Below are positions 1 to 13,687 of a stretch of DNA of 64,000 nucleotides, one piece after another. The notes beneath the pieces are model-generated. The model worked only from the letters and a program-made list of their open reading frames with translations. It was not told the origin of the DNA and did no database searches. Origin of the DNA: Burkholderiaceae bacterium (GTDB lineage: Bacteria; Pseudomonadota; Gammaproteobacteria; Burkholderiales; Burkholderiaceae); the NCBI GenBank assembly GCA_947457875.1, contig CANGWV010000001.1:1770-65769 (forward strand), written 5' to 3'. Both the position numbers and the translations under genes were made by a program. Every line of letters starts with the position of its first letter. The first letter of the stretch is position 1.

Positions 1-2
1 AA

Positions 3-2549
<2,547 letters not shown>

Positions 2550-2594
2550 CAAAATAGAGACACCATCATCAACTCTAAGCTAAACGATCCTGCA

Positions 2595-3176
2595 ATGAAC
2601 TCCGGCGCAAAGGGCAAGAGCCAGATGCCTAGTTTAGAGCGCCGCACTTGGCTCGGGGCATTGATTGCCTTACCGGCCTTTTTTACCACGGCTTGCGGTT
2701 TTCAGTTGCGGGGCTCGGTATCGCTTCCATATAAGGTGATTGCGATTACAGGGGCTCCATCACCATTACTCAGAGCCGATTTAGAAATGATGATCTTGAC
2801 GGGTAGCGACTCCAAGGTTGCCAATAATGCTAAAGATGCCGATTTGATTTTAGAGATTATTAGCGAAGTCAATAACCGTGAGATTTTGGCCTACAACGCA
2901 GCAGGTCAGATTTCAGCATACCGCTTGAACTCGCGTGTGGCGTTTCAGGCGACCGATCAAAATGGCGTGGATATTGTTCCTGAATCGGAAATTTACGTTA
3001 CCCGCGATATGGACTTTTCGGTGTCGACAGTATTGGCTACCGATGTACAACAACAGCAATTTACGAATTCCATGCGCATGGATTTATCCCTGCAGATTCT
3101 GCGCCGCGTTTCTGCAACAGCAAGACCCAGGGCGCTTGCACCTAGCGGCGTTAAGCCCGCAATGGGCAAACCGTGA
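2595..3176 (+). CDS. lptE: LPS assembly lipoprotein LptE (start may be 2625)
   Basis: Lipobox TTACGFQLRG; leuS-lptE-holA synteny. Confidence 0.9.
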   Translation: MNSGAKGKSQMPSLERRTWLGALIALPAFFTTACGFQLRGSVSLPYKVIAITGAPSPLLRADLEMMILTGSDSKVANNAKDADLILEIISEVNNREILAYNAAGQISAYRLNSRVAFQATDQNGVDIVPESEIYVTRDMDFSVSTVLATDVQQQQFTNSMRMDLSLQILRRVSATARPRALAPSGVKPAMGKP

Positions 3177-3195
3177 GAATGGGGCCGGTTTCCCA

Positions 3196-4257
3196 ATGAT
3201 GACGGGCGATGCGTTGCAAGCGCATATCAGTGGTCTCAAATCTAGCCTAGCACTCTCACCAGTGTATGTCTTCAGTGGAGATGAACCCTTACTGATGATG
3301 GAGGCCATGGATCAATTGCGTTCCGCTGCCCGAAAGCTGGGGTATACCGAGCGCGAGGTATTGATGCATGAGCGTTACTTTGATTGGTCATCACTACTGT
3401 CTGCTGGGCAAACCATGTCCTTGTTTGGCGACAAGCGCTGGTTGGAATTACGCATTCCGTCGGGTAAGCCAGGTCGTGATGGCGCAGAAGTGCTTAAGCA
3501 ATTCGCTGCACAAATCCAATCTCAGCCATCAGGACATGATGGCCCCGACACCATCGTCTGCATTGTGTTGCCAAGGTTAGACAGCAAAACCAAAACGTCG
3601 GCCTGGTTTAGTGCCTTAGAGGATGTGTCGATCGCTGTACAAATTGACTCGATCGATCGCAGTCATTTGCCGATGTGGATAGCGCAGCGCCTTAAAAAAC
3701 AGGGCCAGTCTGTCGAGTCTAGTTCGGGCGGTCAAGAAGTGCTGGAGTTTATCGCCAATCAAGTAGAAGGTAATCTGATTGCTGCCCATCAAGAAATCCA
3801 AAAACTGGGCTTGCTTTATCCGCAGGGCGCTTTAACGGAAGCGCAAATTCGCGAATCGATCCTCAAGGTGGCACGTTACGATGTATTTCAGTTAACTGAA
3901 TCGATTCTGGCGGGGGATTTAGCCCGTTTAAACCGTATGCTCGATGGCCTCAAAGGGGAAGGCGAGCCTTTGCCCTTAATTCTGTGGAGCGTAACCGAAG
4001 AGCTTCGGATACTATCAAAGCTACAAGCCGCAAGTCAGCGTGGTGAATCAGTGCAGCAGTTAATGCGTGCGAATCGCATTTGGGGAAACAAGGAAAAGTT
4101 GTATCCCGGAGCCTTGCGCCGCGTGAACCCCCTAAAATTGCGGCGAGCGATGCAGGTAGCAGCGGGTTTAGATCGGCAAGCCAAGGGTTTATCGGCAGCC
4201 GAGTTGCCAGCAGACCCGTGGGACGGATTACGTATGGTCGGCAGCCTTCTGCGTTAG
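3196..4257 (+). CDS. holA: DNA polymerase III delta subunit
   Basis: VYVFSGDEPLL, SLFGDKR, EGNLIAAHQEIQKL motifs; start moved to ATG 3196, after the lptE stop. Confidence 0.95.
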   Translation: MMTGDALQAHISGLKSSLALSPVYVFSGDEPLLMMEAMDQLRSAARKLGYTEREVLMHERYFDWSSLLSAGQTMSLFGDKRWLELRIPSGKPGRDGAEVLKQFAAQIQSQPSGHDGPDTIVCIVLPRLDSKTKTSAWFSALEDVSIAVQIDSIDRSHLPMWIAQRLKKQGQSVESSSGGQEVLEFIANQVEGNLIAAHQEIQKLGLLYPQGALTEAQIRESILKVARYDVFQLTESILAGDLARLNRMLDGLKGEGEPLPLILWSVTEELRILSKLQAASQRGESVQQLMRANRIWGNKEKLYPGALRRVNPLKLRRAMQVAAGLDRQAKGLSAAELPADPWDGLRMVGSLLR

Positions 4258-4326
4258 TACTGCAAGAAAGTAAGCAAAAGTAGAATGCAGTATTGACACA
4301 GCAGATAACCATTTTTTAGAGCAAGC

Positions 4327-5604
4327 ATGAGCACTACAATTACCGAGATGATGCAGGCAGTAGGCAAGGAGGCGAGGCAGGCCTCGCGGGCGATGGCGCG
4401 CGCCAGTACCGAGCAAAAGAATCAAGCCCTCACGCACATAGCGCATTTGGTTCGTGAGCAGACTTCACGCATCTTAGAAGCCAATGCAGTGGATGTGGAG
4501 CGTGCCAAAAAAAGTGGCCATGATGCCGCGTTTATCGATCGCCTGACCATGACCGCCAAAACAGTTGAGTCGATGGCCTTGGGTTTAGAGCAAATTGCCA
4601 CTTTAGATGACCCGATTGGAAAAATGGGGCCACTGAAGCGCCAAACCTCCGGCATAGAACTTGCTCAAATGCGCGTGCCACTGGGCGTCATTGGCATCAT
4701 TTACGAATCCCGTCCGAATGTCACGATTGATGCAGCGGCTTTGTGCCTCAAGTCTGGTAATGCCGTGATTTTGCGCGGTGGCTCCGAAGCGATTGATTCG
4801 AATACCCTCTTGGCGGGTTTAATACAGCAGGGCCTAGCCGCGGCCAATTTACCCGCCAATGCAGTGCAGGTGGTGACTACAACAGACCGCGCTGCGGTCG
4901 GCGCCATGATTACCATGACCGAGTACATTGATGTGATCGTGCCGCGGGGAGGTAAGAGCTTAATTGCGCGCCTGATGGCCGATGCGCGGGTGCCGATGAT
5001 TAAACACCTCGATGGCATTTGCCACACGTTTATCGACCGCGATGCAGATCTCGATTTAGCTATCACCGTTTGTGACAATGCAAAAACGCAGCGCTATGCA
5101 CCTTGCAATGCGATGGAGACCTTGCTGGTGCATGAGGCCATTGCTACTGCGGTATTGCCGCGCTTATGCAAAATTTACCAAGACAAAGGGGTTGAGCTGC
5201 GGGTGGATGCGTCCACGCGTAAGACCTTAGAGGCGGCGGGTTTTCAGAATTTGGTAGATGCGACAGAGAGCGATTGGACCACCGAATACCTTGCGCCGAT
5301 TTTATCGATTAAGACGGTAGGCTCGCTGGATGAGGCGATGGATCACATTGAACGCTATGGCAGTAAACATACCGATGCGATTATCACGAACAATACGGCA
5401 ACTGCAGACCGTTTCTTGCGTGAGGTGGATAGCGCCAGTGTGATGGTCAACACCAGCACCCGTTTTGCCGATGGTTTTGAGTACGGGCTGGGTGCAGAGA
5501 TTGGTATCTCCAATGACAAGCTACATGCGCGTGGCCCCGTTGGCCTAGATGGCTTGACCTCGCTGAAGTACATTGTGATGGGTCATGGGGAAATTAGAAG
5601 CTAA
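4327..5604 (+). CDS. proA: Glutamate-5-semialdehyde dehydrogenase
   Basis: [52 protein letters not shown]. Confidence 0.98.
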   Translation: MSTTITEMMQAVGKEARQASRAMARASTEQKNQALTHIAHLVREQTSRILEANAVDVERAKKSGHDAAFIDRLTMTAKTVESMALGLEQIATLDDPIGKMGPLKRQTSGIELAQMRVPLGVIGIIYESRPNVTIDAAALCLKSGNAVILRGGSEAIDSNTLLAGLIQQGLAAANLPANAVQVVTTTDRAAVGAMITMTEYIDVIVPRGGKSLIARLMADARVPMIKHLDGICHTFIDRDADLDLAITVCDNAKTQRYAPCNAMETLLVHEAIATAVLPRLCKIYQDKGVELRVDASTRKTLEAAGFQNLVDATESDWTTEYLAPILSIKTVGSLDEAMDHIERYGSKHTDAIITNNTATADRFLREVDSASVMVNTSTRFADGFEYGLGAEIGISNDKLHARGPVGLDGLTSLKYIVMGHGEIRS

Positions 5605-5674
5605 TTAAATCGGTATAGTAATTAGCATTGAACTAAAGCAATGCCGCTTTAGTAAGCCAACAAAGGGGATAAAA

Positions 5675-6100
5675 ATGGGTGACGCGTATCTTTGGACGAA
5701 AACATTCCACATTGTTTTAGTCGCCTCATGGTTTGCTGGACTCTTTTATTTGCCGCGCATTTTTGTCAATATGGCGCAAGAGACCAATCCGGAAGTCAAT
5801 ACCCGCCTTTTGGGTATGGCCGATCGCCTCTTTCGGTTCATGACCATTTTGATGGTGCCCGCAGTGGTGCTGGGCGTGGTACTTTGGCTTCATTTTGGCA
5901 TTGGCCGTGGCGCGGGCTGGATGCATCCTAAACTGCTTTTTGTACTGATCATTTTGGGATACCACCATTCGTGCTACACCTTACTGAAGAAATTCCGGGC
6001 AGGAAAAAATAAGCGCAGTCACCTGTGGTTCCGTTGGTTTAATGAGGTACCTGTGGTCTTGCTCGTTATCATCACCGCTATTGTCGTGATCAAGCCTTAA
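5675..6100 (+). CDS. hemJ: Protoporphyrinogen oxidase HemJ (CopD/UPF0093 family)
   Basis: KTFHIVLVASWFAGLFYLPRIFV ... WFRWFNEVP; four hydrophobic segments. Confidence 0.88.
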   Translation: MGDAYLWTKTFHIVLVASWFAGLFYLPRIFVNMAQETNPEVNTRLLGMADRLFRFMTILMVPAVVLGVVLWLHFGIGRGAGWMHPKLLFVLIILGYHHSCYTLLKKFRAGKNKRSHLWFRWFNEVPVVLLVIITAIVVIKP

Positions 6101-6142
6101 GCAAATCTGCCTTCACCCCCTTTATTTTTTTAGGCTTTCTTC

Positions 6143-7648
6143 ATGCGATTTTTTGTAGTGTGTCCCGGCGGATTGGAAATAGTCTTAGCTGCTGAGCTGC
6201 GGCAGATTGCCGAGCGCCCTGAGGTGAAGGCCCAAGGTGCTTGGGTGATTGATCCAACACCAACTAGTCCCACGGGCGGTGTTGGTTTAGCCGGGCCTTT
6301 ATCGGCGGCGATGGCGCTCAATTTGCATTCGCGGATTGCCAGTCGCGTGCTCTTGCAAATGGCGGAGTCAACTTACCGGCAGGAAGAGGATTTGTATCGC
6401 CTTGCCTATGGCCTAGCGTGGGAAGAGTGGTTTAGTCATACGCAAACCCTGCGGGTCGATGTTACGGCGCATCGCTCGCCACTCAAGAGCCTCAATTTTG
6501 CAACCCTGAAAATCAAAGACGCGATCGTAGACCGATTGCGTGAAGTCTCGGGTGATCGCCCCTCGATTGATACCGCCTTTCCGGATGTGCGTGTACAGGC
6601 GCACCTCACTGCGACCCATGTATCGATCTATCTGGACACATCGGGTGAGGCTTTGTTCAAACGCGGCTGGCGCGATGAAAAGGGGGATGCGCCTTTAAAA
6701 GAAAACCTCGCTGCGGGTATTCTTGCTTTGACTGGCTGGCGGCCCAAGCAGCCATTGTTTGATCCGATGTGCGGTAGTGGTACCTTTTTAATCGAGGCAG
6801 CGCAGATGTTACTGGGCATTCCGTCTGGAGCGATTCGGGCGGGTCTCTATGATGAGGCAGGTAAAGAATCAGTGCCCACGCGCTTGGCATATCGGCCCCT
6901 TGTTACTTCCGTGCACGGCTTTGGCTTTTCCCGCTTAAAGCCATACGCAGTTGGTGCGGAGCAGAAAAAGTGGCAAGCCCTGAAAGATGCCGTGCTGGCA
7001 GAAATACTAGAACGGCGTAAAGCCTTCCCCGATGCCCAGTCATTGGGTATCAGTGGTAGCGACATTAATGAAAAACTCGTCTCCATGACTAAATCCAATT
7101 GGCAGCGCGCGCAATTGCCTGGCTTGCCCGTGGTGCGTCAGGTCGATGCCTTAGCAGCCAAACCTCCTGCCATTGCAAGTAGCGCAGGAGACGCAGACGC
7201 CTTGCCAGGATTAGCCTTACTCAATCCCCCCTACGGGCAACGCTTAGGCATGAAAGGTGGTCGGGGTGACGATCGGAACCCAGCGCAGAATCGCTATGAC
7301 GATGAAGGTTATGGCGAGGATGATGCAGATCTGTACAGCCATAACATTGAAACCGGACGGCAGAGTGCTAAGCGTTCTAGCCGTGAGTCACTCAAGCGCT
7401 TGCAGGCCGAAGAAGAAATCGACCCTGCATTTTTAGAGTTCATGCAGCAATTTGGTCAACACCTCAAAGATGCGTTTGGCGGCTGGCATGTCTTTATCTT
7501 GACAGCAGATATGGCCCTTCCAGGGCAGTTGCGGATCAAAGAGTCACGCCGTACCCCGCTCTTTAATGGCCCGCTCGAATGCCGTTTATTCCGCTTTGAG
7601 ATGCGCTCCAAAGCGGAGCGTTTGGAGTCTGCTAGTAAGCCGATTTAG
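6143..7648 (+). CDS. THUMP-domain class I SAM-dependent rRNA methyltransferase (RlmL-like)
   Basis: LDTSGEALFKRGWR, APLKENLAA, DPMCGSGT, NPPYG, LFNGPLECRLF. Confidence 0.9.
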   Translation: MRFFVVCPGGLEIVLAAELRQIAERPEVKAQGAWVIDPTPTSPTGGVGLAGPLSAAMALNLHSRIASRVLLQMAESTYRQEEDLYRLAYGLAWEEWFSHTQTLRVDVTAHRSPLKSLNFATLKIKDAIVDRLREVSGDRPSIDTAFPDVRVQAHLTATHVSIYLDTSGEALFKRGWRDEKGDAPLKENLAAGILALTGWRPKQPLFDPMCGSGTFLIEAAQMLLGIPSGAIRAGLYDEAGKESVPTRLAYRPLVTSVHGFGFSRLKPYAVGAEQKKWQALKDAVLAEILERRKAFPDAQSLGISGSDINEKLVSMTKSNWQRAQLPGLPVVRQVDALAAKPPAIASSAGDADALPGLALLNPPYGQRLGMKGGRGDDRNPAQNRYDDEGYGEDDADLYSHNIETGRQSAKRSSRESLKRLQAEEEIDPAFLEFMQQFGQHLKDAFGGWHVFILTADMALPGQLRIKESRRTPLFNGPLECRLFRFEMRSKAERLESASKPI

Positions 7649-7706
7649 AATTAGCAACGATGATGTGACTATCACTACAAAAAAGAAGATGGAAAGATAA
7701 AACGCC

Positions 7707-7877
7707 ATGGAATTCAAAACCTATATGTGCCTGATTTGCGGTTGGGTCTATGACGAGGCTGCTGGTTTGCCAGACGAAGGGATTGCGCCTGGAACCCTCT
7801 GGCAAGATGTGCCCATGAATTGGACATGCCCTGAGTGCGGCGCGCGCAAAGACGATTTTGAAATGATGGCCATTTAA
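7707..7877 (+). CDS. Rubredoxin (56 aa; not in the ORF track)
   Basis: Hand translation MEFKTYMCLICGWVYDEAAGLPDEGIAPGTLWQDVPMNWTCPECGARKDDFEMMAI; two CxxCG motifs. Confidence 0.95.
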   Translation: MEFKTYMCLICGWVYDEAAGLPDEGIAPGTLWQDVPMNWTCPECGARKDDFEMMAI

Positions 7878-7923
7878 GTTCTAAAGCAAATACACATTAA
7901 CAAATTAAACGAATGAGAATCAC

Positions 7924-9219
7924 ATGGGCTTAAACGAAACCGTATTCGAGCGTGCACAAAAAACCATTCCAGGCGGCGTGAACTCCCCTGTTCGGGCATT
8001 TCGTCAGGTGGGCGGCGCCCCACGCTTTATTAAGAAAGCGCTCGGCCCACACTTTTGGGATATCGAAGATAAGCGCTATGTGGACTTGATCATGTCCTGG
8101 GGCCCAATGATTGCCGGACATGCAAATCCGGAAGTGGTCGAGGCAGTGCAGCGAGCAGCCACCCTGAGTTTTAGTTATGGCGCTCCAACCGTCGGCGAAA
8201 TCGAATTGGCTGAGCGCATTTGCGCCATCATGCCCAGCGTCGAACAAATTCGGATGGTATCGAGTGGTACGGAGGCGACCATGAGCGCATTGCGTTTGGC
8301 GCGTGGCTATACCGGGCGTGACATGATCATTAAGTTTGAGGGCTGCTATCACGGCCATGCCGATAGCCTTTTGGTGAAGGCCGGCTCAGGCTTACTCACT
8401 TTTGCGGATTCAACCCAAAATGCGCCCTCATCGGGCGGCGTTCCGCAGGACTTGGTGAAACACACCTTAGTGCTACCGTACAACGACACTGCGGCAATTG
8501 AAGAAACCTTCAAATTGCATGGCGATCAAATTGCAGCGGTGATCATTGAGCCCATTGCTGGCAATATGAACTTGATTAAAGCCAAGCCGGAGTTTTTAGC
8601 CGCGATCCGTACCTTAACGCAGCAGTTCGGCAGTGTCTTGATTTACGACGAGGTTATGACGGGTTTTCGGGTGGCGCTCGGCGGGGCACAAAGTTTGCAA
8701 GGCATTACACCGGACCTAACTTGCCTCGGTAAGGTAATGGGCGGCGGCATGCCGATGGCGGCCTTTGGCGGCAAAAAAGAGATCATGCAAAAGTTGGCTC
8801 CGATAGGTAATGTCTACCAAGCAGGCACCTTGTCTGGTAATCCCGTTGCGGTTGCGGCGGGTATGAAGACCTTGGAGATCATTTCGCGGGATGGCTTCTT
8901 TGATTGCCTTTCTGGTCAAACTAGCAAGCTGATGGCGGGCCTGAAACAGGCAGCAGATGCAGCAGGCATCCCATTCTCTACAGATAGCGTGGGCGGGATG
9001 TTTGGTTTTTACTTTACCGACGAGGTACCGACATTATTTGATGCGGTGACCAAAAGCAACATTGACGCATTTAAAGTGTTCTTTCATGCGATGCTGGAAG
9101 AGGGTGTTTACTTGGCCCCATCGGCGTATGAGGCTGGCTTTACTTCAATCGCGCATGATAATGCGGTACTGGAGGAGATCATTGCTGCATCCAAAAAAGC
9201 ATTTGCCAAACTGAAATAG
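7924..9219 (+). CDS. hemL: Glutamate-1-semialdehyde 2,1-aminomutase
   Basis: [47 protein letters not shown]. Confidence 0.98.
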   Translation: MGLNETVFERAQKTIPGGVNSPVRAFRQVGGAPRFIKKALGPHFWDIEDKRYVDLIMSWGPMIAGHANPEVVEAVQRAATLSFSYGAPTVGEIELAERICAIMPSVEQIRMVSSGTEATMSALRLARGYTGRDMIIKFEGCYHGHADSLLVKAGSGLLTFADSTQNAPSSGGVPQDLVKHTLVLPYNDTAAIEETFKLHGDQIAAVIIEPIAGNMNLIKAKPEFLAAIRTLTQQFGSVLIYDEVMTGFRVALGGAQSLQGITPDLTCLGKVMGGGMPMAAFGGKKEIMQKLAPIGNVYQAGTLSGNPVAVAAGMKTLEIISRDGFFDCLSGQTSKLMAGLKQAADAAGIPFSTDSVGGMFGFYFTDEVPTLFDAVTKSNIDAFKVFFHAMLEEGVYLAPSAYEAGFTSIAHDNAVLEEIIAASKKAFAKLK

Positions 9220-9240
9220 GTATTTGGCAATACTGCAGGC

Positions 9241-10086
9241 TCACATCCGCAATGGATGGTCGTAGCCCGTTACCTGCACGATGCGGTATTGGTTTGAACG
9301 ACTTTTCGCAGCAAAGTCGGGCACTTCAACTGCGGTGAGCTTACCGCCCCAAACGCAGCCGGTATCAAGGCCAGTCACTCGCGGTTTTTGAATTAAGCCG
9401 AGCGTAGACCAATGTCCAAAAATGACATGCACATTTGCAGTCTTTCGCTGCTTCACTTCAAACCAGGGTAGGTAACCTTTAGGCCCTGCCTCTAAGCCTT
9501 CTTTGCTCTCAAATTCCATTTGGCCTTTCGGAGTGCAAAACCGCAAACGGGTTAGGGCGTTGGTGATCACGCGCAGGCGATCATTTCCTTTTAAGGTCTT
9601 ACTCCACTTGGTTGGCGTATTGCCATACATCTCGGCTAAAAACCGCTTGTAAGATGATTTACGCAGCGCCTTTTCTACTTCATGGGCACACTCCAGGGTT
9701 TGGCTTAAATCCCAATCGGGTAGTACGCCTGCATGAACCAGTAAGGCGTGGCCATTACTGAGGGCCATCGGGCGATGGCGCAACCAATCAATCAGTTCTG
9801 CTCGGTCTTTGGCTTTTAAGATGCCATCTAAGGTATCTAAGGGGCGTGAACCCCGTAAGCCCGCGTCCCGCGCTAATAAGTTGAGGTCGTGATTGCCCAA
9901 GATGCATTCTGCAATGCCTTGCTCTTGCAGTTTTTTGAGGCGACGCAATGTGCCTAAGGAATTCGGGCCGCGATTAACGAGATCACCCAAACAAACCAAC
10001 TTCGATTTCTTGGGTAATTTGGCAATCAGTGCATCGAGCTGCACTAAGCAGCCTTGCACATCGCCGATAGCGTAAACGGATGACAT
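9241..10086 (-). CDS. apaH: Symmetrical bis(5'-nucleosyl)-tetraphosphatase
   Basis: GDVQGC, GDLVNRG, LGNHD, FGHWS, LDTGCVWGG. Confidence 0.96.
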   Translation of the reverse strand: MSSVYAIGDVQGCLVQLDALIAKLPKKSKLVCLGDLVNRGPNSLGTLRRLKKLQEQGIAECILGNHDLNLLARDAGLRGSRPLDTLDGILKAKDRAELIDWLRHRPMALSNGHALLVHAGVLPDWDLSQTLECAHEVEKALRKSSYKRFLAEMYGNTPTKWSKTLKGNDRLRVITNALTRLRFCTPKGQMEFESKEGLEAGPKGYLPWFEVKQRKTANVHVIFGHWSTLGLIQKPRVTGLDTGCVWGGKLTAVEVPDFAAKSRSNQYRIVQVTGYDHPLRM

Positions 10087-10132
10087 GCTTTAAGTGTAGT
10101 GGATTGACGTTAAATAGGTATAGCGCTAGTGC

Positions 10133-11266
10133 TTACGCTGCTAGGGTATTTAGCCACTTGGCAGCATCGGTAATCGCGATGCCCTTGCGAAACTCTTCCT
10201 GCCTTAAATTAAAAACAAGCTGTACTGCTTTGGCTTGTGAAAACTGCGTCGCAAAACGAGTTAATGCAGTGTGGGGCTTGGTATCACTTAATTTGCATTC
10301 AATCAGATGCGTTAACTGCTGCCCATCACTGAGCGCAAAATCAACTTCAGCACCATCTTTCGTGCGCACATAATGAAGACCGGCATCGTGACCAGTGCTG
10401 TCCCGCAGAAAATCCGTTTGTTTGAGTAGCATCCCGGCAACGGCATTTTCTAAGCGAATTCCTGCATCACCACGTACCAGTCCCGTATCAAAAAAATAGA
10501 CCTTTGGCATCTGCAGCATGGACCGAGCAATATTGTGATGCCAGGGCTGGATCGTGAAAACAATAAATAGGGCTTTTAGTATTTCAAGGTAGTGTTTCAG
10601 AGTGGTGGGGGAGATTGCTAAGTCACGTGCAATCGATGCCAGAGATAAGGGGGATCCGACACGCTCACGCAGTAATTCAATAAAGAGTCGCATTGTTGTA
10701 ATTTCATGAAGGCGTGAGAACTCCAATACATCTTCGCGAATCAGGTCGGTAAAGTATTGCGCGCGCCAGCGGTCGGCCTCAATTGCATTCGGCGCCAAGC
10801 AGGGCTCCGGAAATCCACCGCGCTCCAGTAAATGATCCAGTGCAATTGCTGGACTTACCTCCGCTTGAGTGCACCACTCCCGGACTGAAATGGGATGTAG
10901 TCTAAATGAAAAATAGCGCCCCGCTAGCGACTCACCAGATTGCCTAAAGGTATCCATTCGAGCGCTACCAGTAACGAGCAGCGCTTGGCCGGTAGGCCGC
11001 GCATCGATTACACCCTTCAACCAGGTTTTCCAGTTGGGCATTTTATGGATCTCATCCATTACCAAGAGATCAGCTGCTGGGCTCCAGGATTGATTTTGTA
11101 AAACCATGCGGTCAGCAAGTACGTCCCAATTGAGGTACTGGGCCCCATTGAACTTGCCCATCAACTGCCGGCTGAGGGTGGTTTTACCTACCTGCCGAGG
11201 GCCGGTCAGAACCACGGCTTTACTGGCAAGGTCTTTGCGAACAATCTGGTCGAGATAGCGTTTCAT
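10133..11266 (-). CDS. AAA+ ATPase (AAA_14) with DUF4143 / C-terminal PD-(D/E)xK-like region
   Basis: Walker A GPRQVGKT, Walker B LLVMDEIH, TGS..SLAGR, GGFPE, KVYFFDTGL, EVDF...IECK. Confidence 0.85.
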   Translation of the reverse strand: MKRYLDQIVRKDLASKAVVLTGPRQVGKTTLSRQLMGKFNGAQYLNWDVLADRMVLQNQSWSPAADLLVMDEIHKMPNWKTWLKGVIDARPTGQALLVTGSARMDTFRQSGESLAGRYFSFRLHPISVREWCTQAEVSPAIALDHLLERGGFPEPCLAPNAIEADRWRAQYFTDLIREDVLEFSRLHEITTMRLFIELLRERVGSPLSLASIARDLAISPTTLKHYLEILKALFIVFTIQPWHHNIARSMLQMPKVYFFDTGLVRGDAGIRLENAVAGMLLKQTDFLRDSTGHDAGLHYVRTKDGAEVDFALSDGQQLTHLIECKLSDTKPHTALTRFATQFSQAKAVQLVFNLRQEEFRKGIAITDAAKWLNTLAA

Positions 11267-11285
11267 GCGACTATTATATTGTATG

Positions 11286-11313
11286 TTGGATAAAAGTCGC
11301 GACTTTTATCCAA
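11286..11313. promoter_or_regulatory. Perfect 28-bp palindrome, probable operator upstream of the AAA+ ATPase gene
   Basis: TTGGATAAAAGTCG|CGACTTTTATCCAA, 20 bp upstream of the ATG at 11266 on the minus strand. Confidence 0.65.
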
Positions 11314-11390
11314 TTATATGTAAAAAAGTCGTAATAAATGTGTTTTTAAGGGTGATGGAGCGCTTACGGTAATGAGCAGGAGGGGCTCGT

Positions 11391-12869
11391 TTAGGCTACG
11401 GAAGCTTTCTTTACCACGCTGTACCGCACCAAGGTTTCTTTTCTGGCCTCGTCGTGATTGACGATCGGCATCGGATAATCGCGGCCGAGCAAAATACCGG
11501 CGGCTTCTAATTCAAGATGGCCGGCTTCCCATGGTGCATGAATCGATTTATCCGATAGCTTCTCTAACGCTGGGATATAGCGCCGAATGAACTTACCTTG
11601 TGGATCAAAGCGCTGCGATTGGGTAGTGGGGTTAAAGATGCGAAAGTAAGGCTGTGCATCGCACCCAGAGGAAGAGGCCCATTGCCATCCGCCATTGTTC
11701 GAGGACAGCTCAAAATCATTGAGGTGCTTTGCAAAGTAGGCTTCACCCCAGCGCCAATCTATACCCAAATCTTTCGTTAAGAAGCTGGCCACGATCATGC
11801 GCAGGCGATTGTGCATGTAGCCACTTTGATTGAGTTGGTGCATAGCTGCATCAACCAAGGGGTAACCCGTTTTACCATCGCACCAGGCCTGAAAGCGTTT
11901 CTTGGCAGTAGCGCCACTCTCCCAACGAATGCCATCGTAATCTGGTTTAAATGAAACCCCCTTTGCCAAGCGGGGGTGATTAGCCAGAATCATGAAATAA
12001 AAATCGCGCCATATCAGCTCACTGAGCCAGATGGTTGCGCCCATGCTACCGGCTAGCATGCGCCGGTGAGCCTCACGCACTAAGCCCCGAATCGACAACA
12101 TACCAAAGCGCAAGTGGGTCGACAAATAGCTCACGCCTTTAACGGCTGGAAAATCACGTCCAATTTGGTATTGATCAATGCGCGTGAGGAATTCCTCTAA
12201 AAAAAGTGTGCCGCCCTCAGAGCCGGGGGGAAGGTAGGTTTCAATCCCAGTTGCACAAAAGCCCATTGACTCCAAGGATGGAACACCCAAATCCAATTTT
12301 TTTGGGATCGCTGCAAACTGCCCCGCTTTAGGGGTGCATGCACGGGGCGCAAGATCGCTCTCGAGAAGCCGCTTGAGCCAGGCATTTTTATAGGGCGTAA
12401 ACACTGAAAACACAGTACTCGAATTGGTCAGCACTTCCTGCTTTTCAAAGATGACTTGATCTTTAAAGGAGGCAAAGGCAATCTCCTGCTTCGCCAGAGT
12501 AGTGGCAATTGCCGCATCACGGGCAATGGCGGAGGGTTCATAGTCTTGATTCACCAGGACGCTTGCAACACCCAGCTCACGTGCGAGCATTGGAATGCAC
12601 TCCCTTGGATCGCCATAACGCACAATTAGACCGCCTCCATGTTGGCGCAACTCGGCATCGATTTGTTCAATACCCTGCCATATAAAGTCAACGCGGCGAT
12701 CAGCTGTGAGTTTAGGATCGTCGGCTTTGAGGGGATCTAGAATGGTTTTATCAAATACAAAGGCGAGCCAAACCGCATGATTTTCGTGAAGGGCGTGGCT
12801 CAGTGCGGTATGGTCATAGAGGCGTAAATCACGGCGCAACCAAACCAAGGCTGTTGAAGGGTTTTTCAT
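11391..12869 (-). CDS. phrB: Deoxyribodipyrimidine photolyase (class I CPD)
   Basis: WLRRDLRLYDH, SYLSTHLRFG, WLSELIWRDF, GKTGYPLVDAAM, GYMHNRLRM, NNGGWQW, YFRIFNP. Confidence 0.93.
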   Translation of the reverse strand: MKNPSTALVWLRRDLRLYDHTALSHALHENHAVWLAFVFDKTILDPLKADDPKLTADRRVDFIWQGIEQIDAELRQHGGGLIVRYGDPRECIPMLARELGVASVLVNQDYEPSAIARDAAIATTLAKQEIAFASFKDQVIFEKQEVLTNSSTVFSVFTPYKNAWLKRLLESDLAPRACTPKAGQFAAIPKKLDLGVPSLESMGFCATGIETYLPPGSEGGTLFLEEFLTRIDQYQIGRDFPAVKGVSYLSTHLRFGMLSIRGLVREAHRRMLAGSMGATIWLSELIWRDFYFMILANHPRLAKGVSFKPDYDGIRWESGATAKKRFQAWCDGKTGYPLVDAAMHQLNQSGYMHNRLRMIVASFLTKDLGIDWRWGEAYFAKHLNDFELSSNNGGWQWASSSGCDAQPYFRIFNPTTQSQRFDPQGKFIRRYIPALEKLSDKSIHAPWEAGHLELEAAGILLGRDYPMPIVNHDEARKETLVRYSVVKKASVA

Positions 12870-13021
12870 AGTCCGTTATCTTAGGTTGGAATTGAAAATA
12901 ATGTTTAAAAGCAATGGAATTCGCTGTTCGACTGCCACGCAATTGCGTCGCTCTAAGCAGTCTGGGAGCAAAACGGGCTATAGGCTAGGAACTTCCTGGT
13001 AATTCGGTAAAATACCACCAA

Positions 13022-13687
13022 ATGACGCCCTCAAAGCCAAATCCAAGCGCAACACCAGGCGCTGCCTCCGAGGCCGTGGCCAGCGGCGCCGGTCCTGGTT
13101 CTGCCTCGATGTATTCAGCGACCTTTTTAGCCAATCAATTGCTCCTCGCCATGCCGGGCATGCTGGATGACAATTTTGCCGGCTCACTCATTTACCTGTT
13201 TGAGCACAACGAAAAGGGCGCAATGGGCTTGGTGGTGAATCGCCCCACCGATACTCAGTTATCCGAGTTGCTCGGCAAAATTGAGCTGCAATCGGAAATT
13301 AAGCCTATTACCGATCAAGTGGTGTACTTTGGGGGCCCCGTACAGGTTGAGCGAGGCTTTGTCTTGCATGAATCCGCTGGTGCAGCGTATAGCTCCTCTT
13401 TAAGCGTGCCTGGTGGTTTGACGATGACGACCTCAAAGGATGTACTGGAGGCGGTTGCTGGCGGCGGCGGGCCAAAGCGCTTCATCATGACCTTGGGTTA
13501 TTCAGGTTGGGGCGCCGGTCAATTGGAAGAAGAGATTGCACTCAACGGCTGGATTAATGTGGCCCTGAGCAGTCAACAGCTGGCGGACATTATTTTTGCA
13601 ACGCCCGCAGCCCTGCGCTATGAGCGCACCATGCAAGCCTTGGGCTTTGACCCTTCGCATCTGTCTGGCGAGGTAGGGCATGCCTAA
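13022..13687 (+). CDS. YqgE/AlgH family protein
   Basis: LLLAMPGM, GAMGLVVNRP, FGGPVQ, GYSGWGAGQLEEE. Confidence 0.93.
   Translation: MTPSKPNPSATPGAASEAVASGAGPGSASMYSATFLANQLLLAMPGMLDDNFAGSLIYLFEHNEKGAMGLVVNRPTDTQLSELLGKIELQSEIKPITDQVVYFGGPVQVERGFVLHESAGAAYSSSLSVPGGLTMTTSKDVLEAVAGGGGPKRFIMTLGYSGWGAGQLEEEIALNGWINVALSSQQLADIIFATPAALRYERTMQALGFDPSHLSGEVGHA

Noticed and set aside
2935-3195. N-terminal extension of holA in the ORF track
   Set aside because: Overlaps lptE; HolA similarity begins at ATG 3196.
7250-7430. Charged insertion in the THUMP methyltransferase
   Set aside because: In frame and low-complexity; no intein or mobile-element hallmarks, probably a lineage-specific loop.
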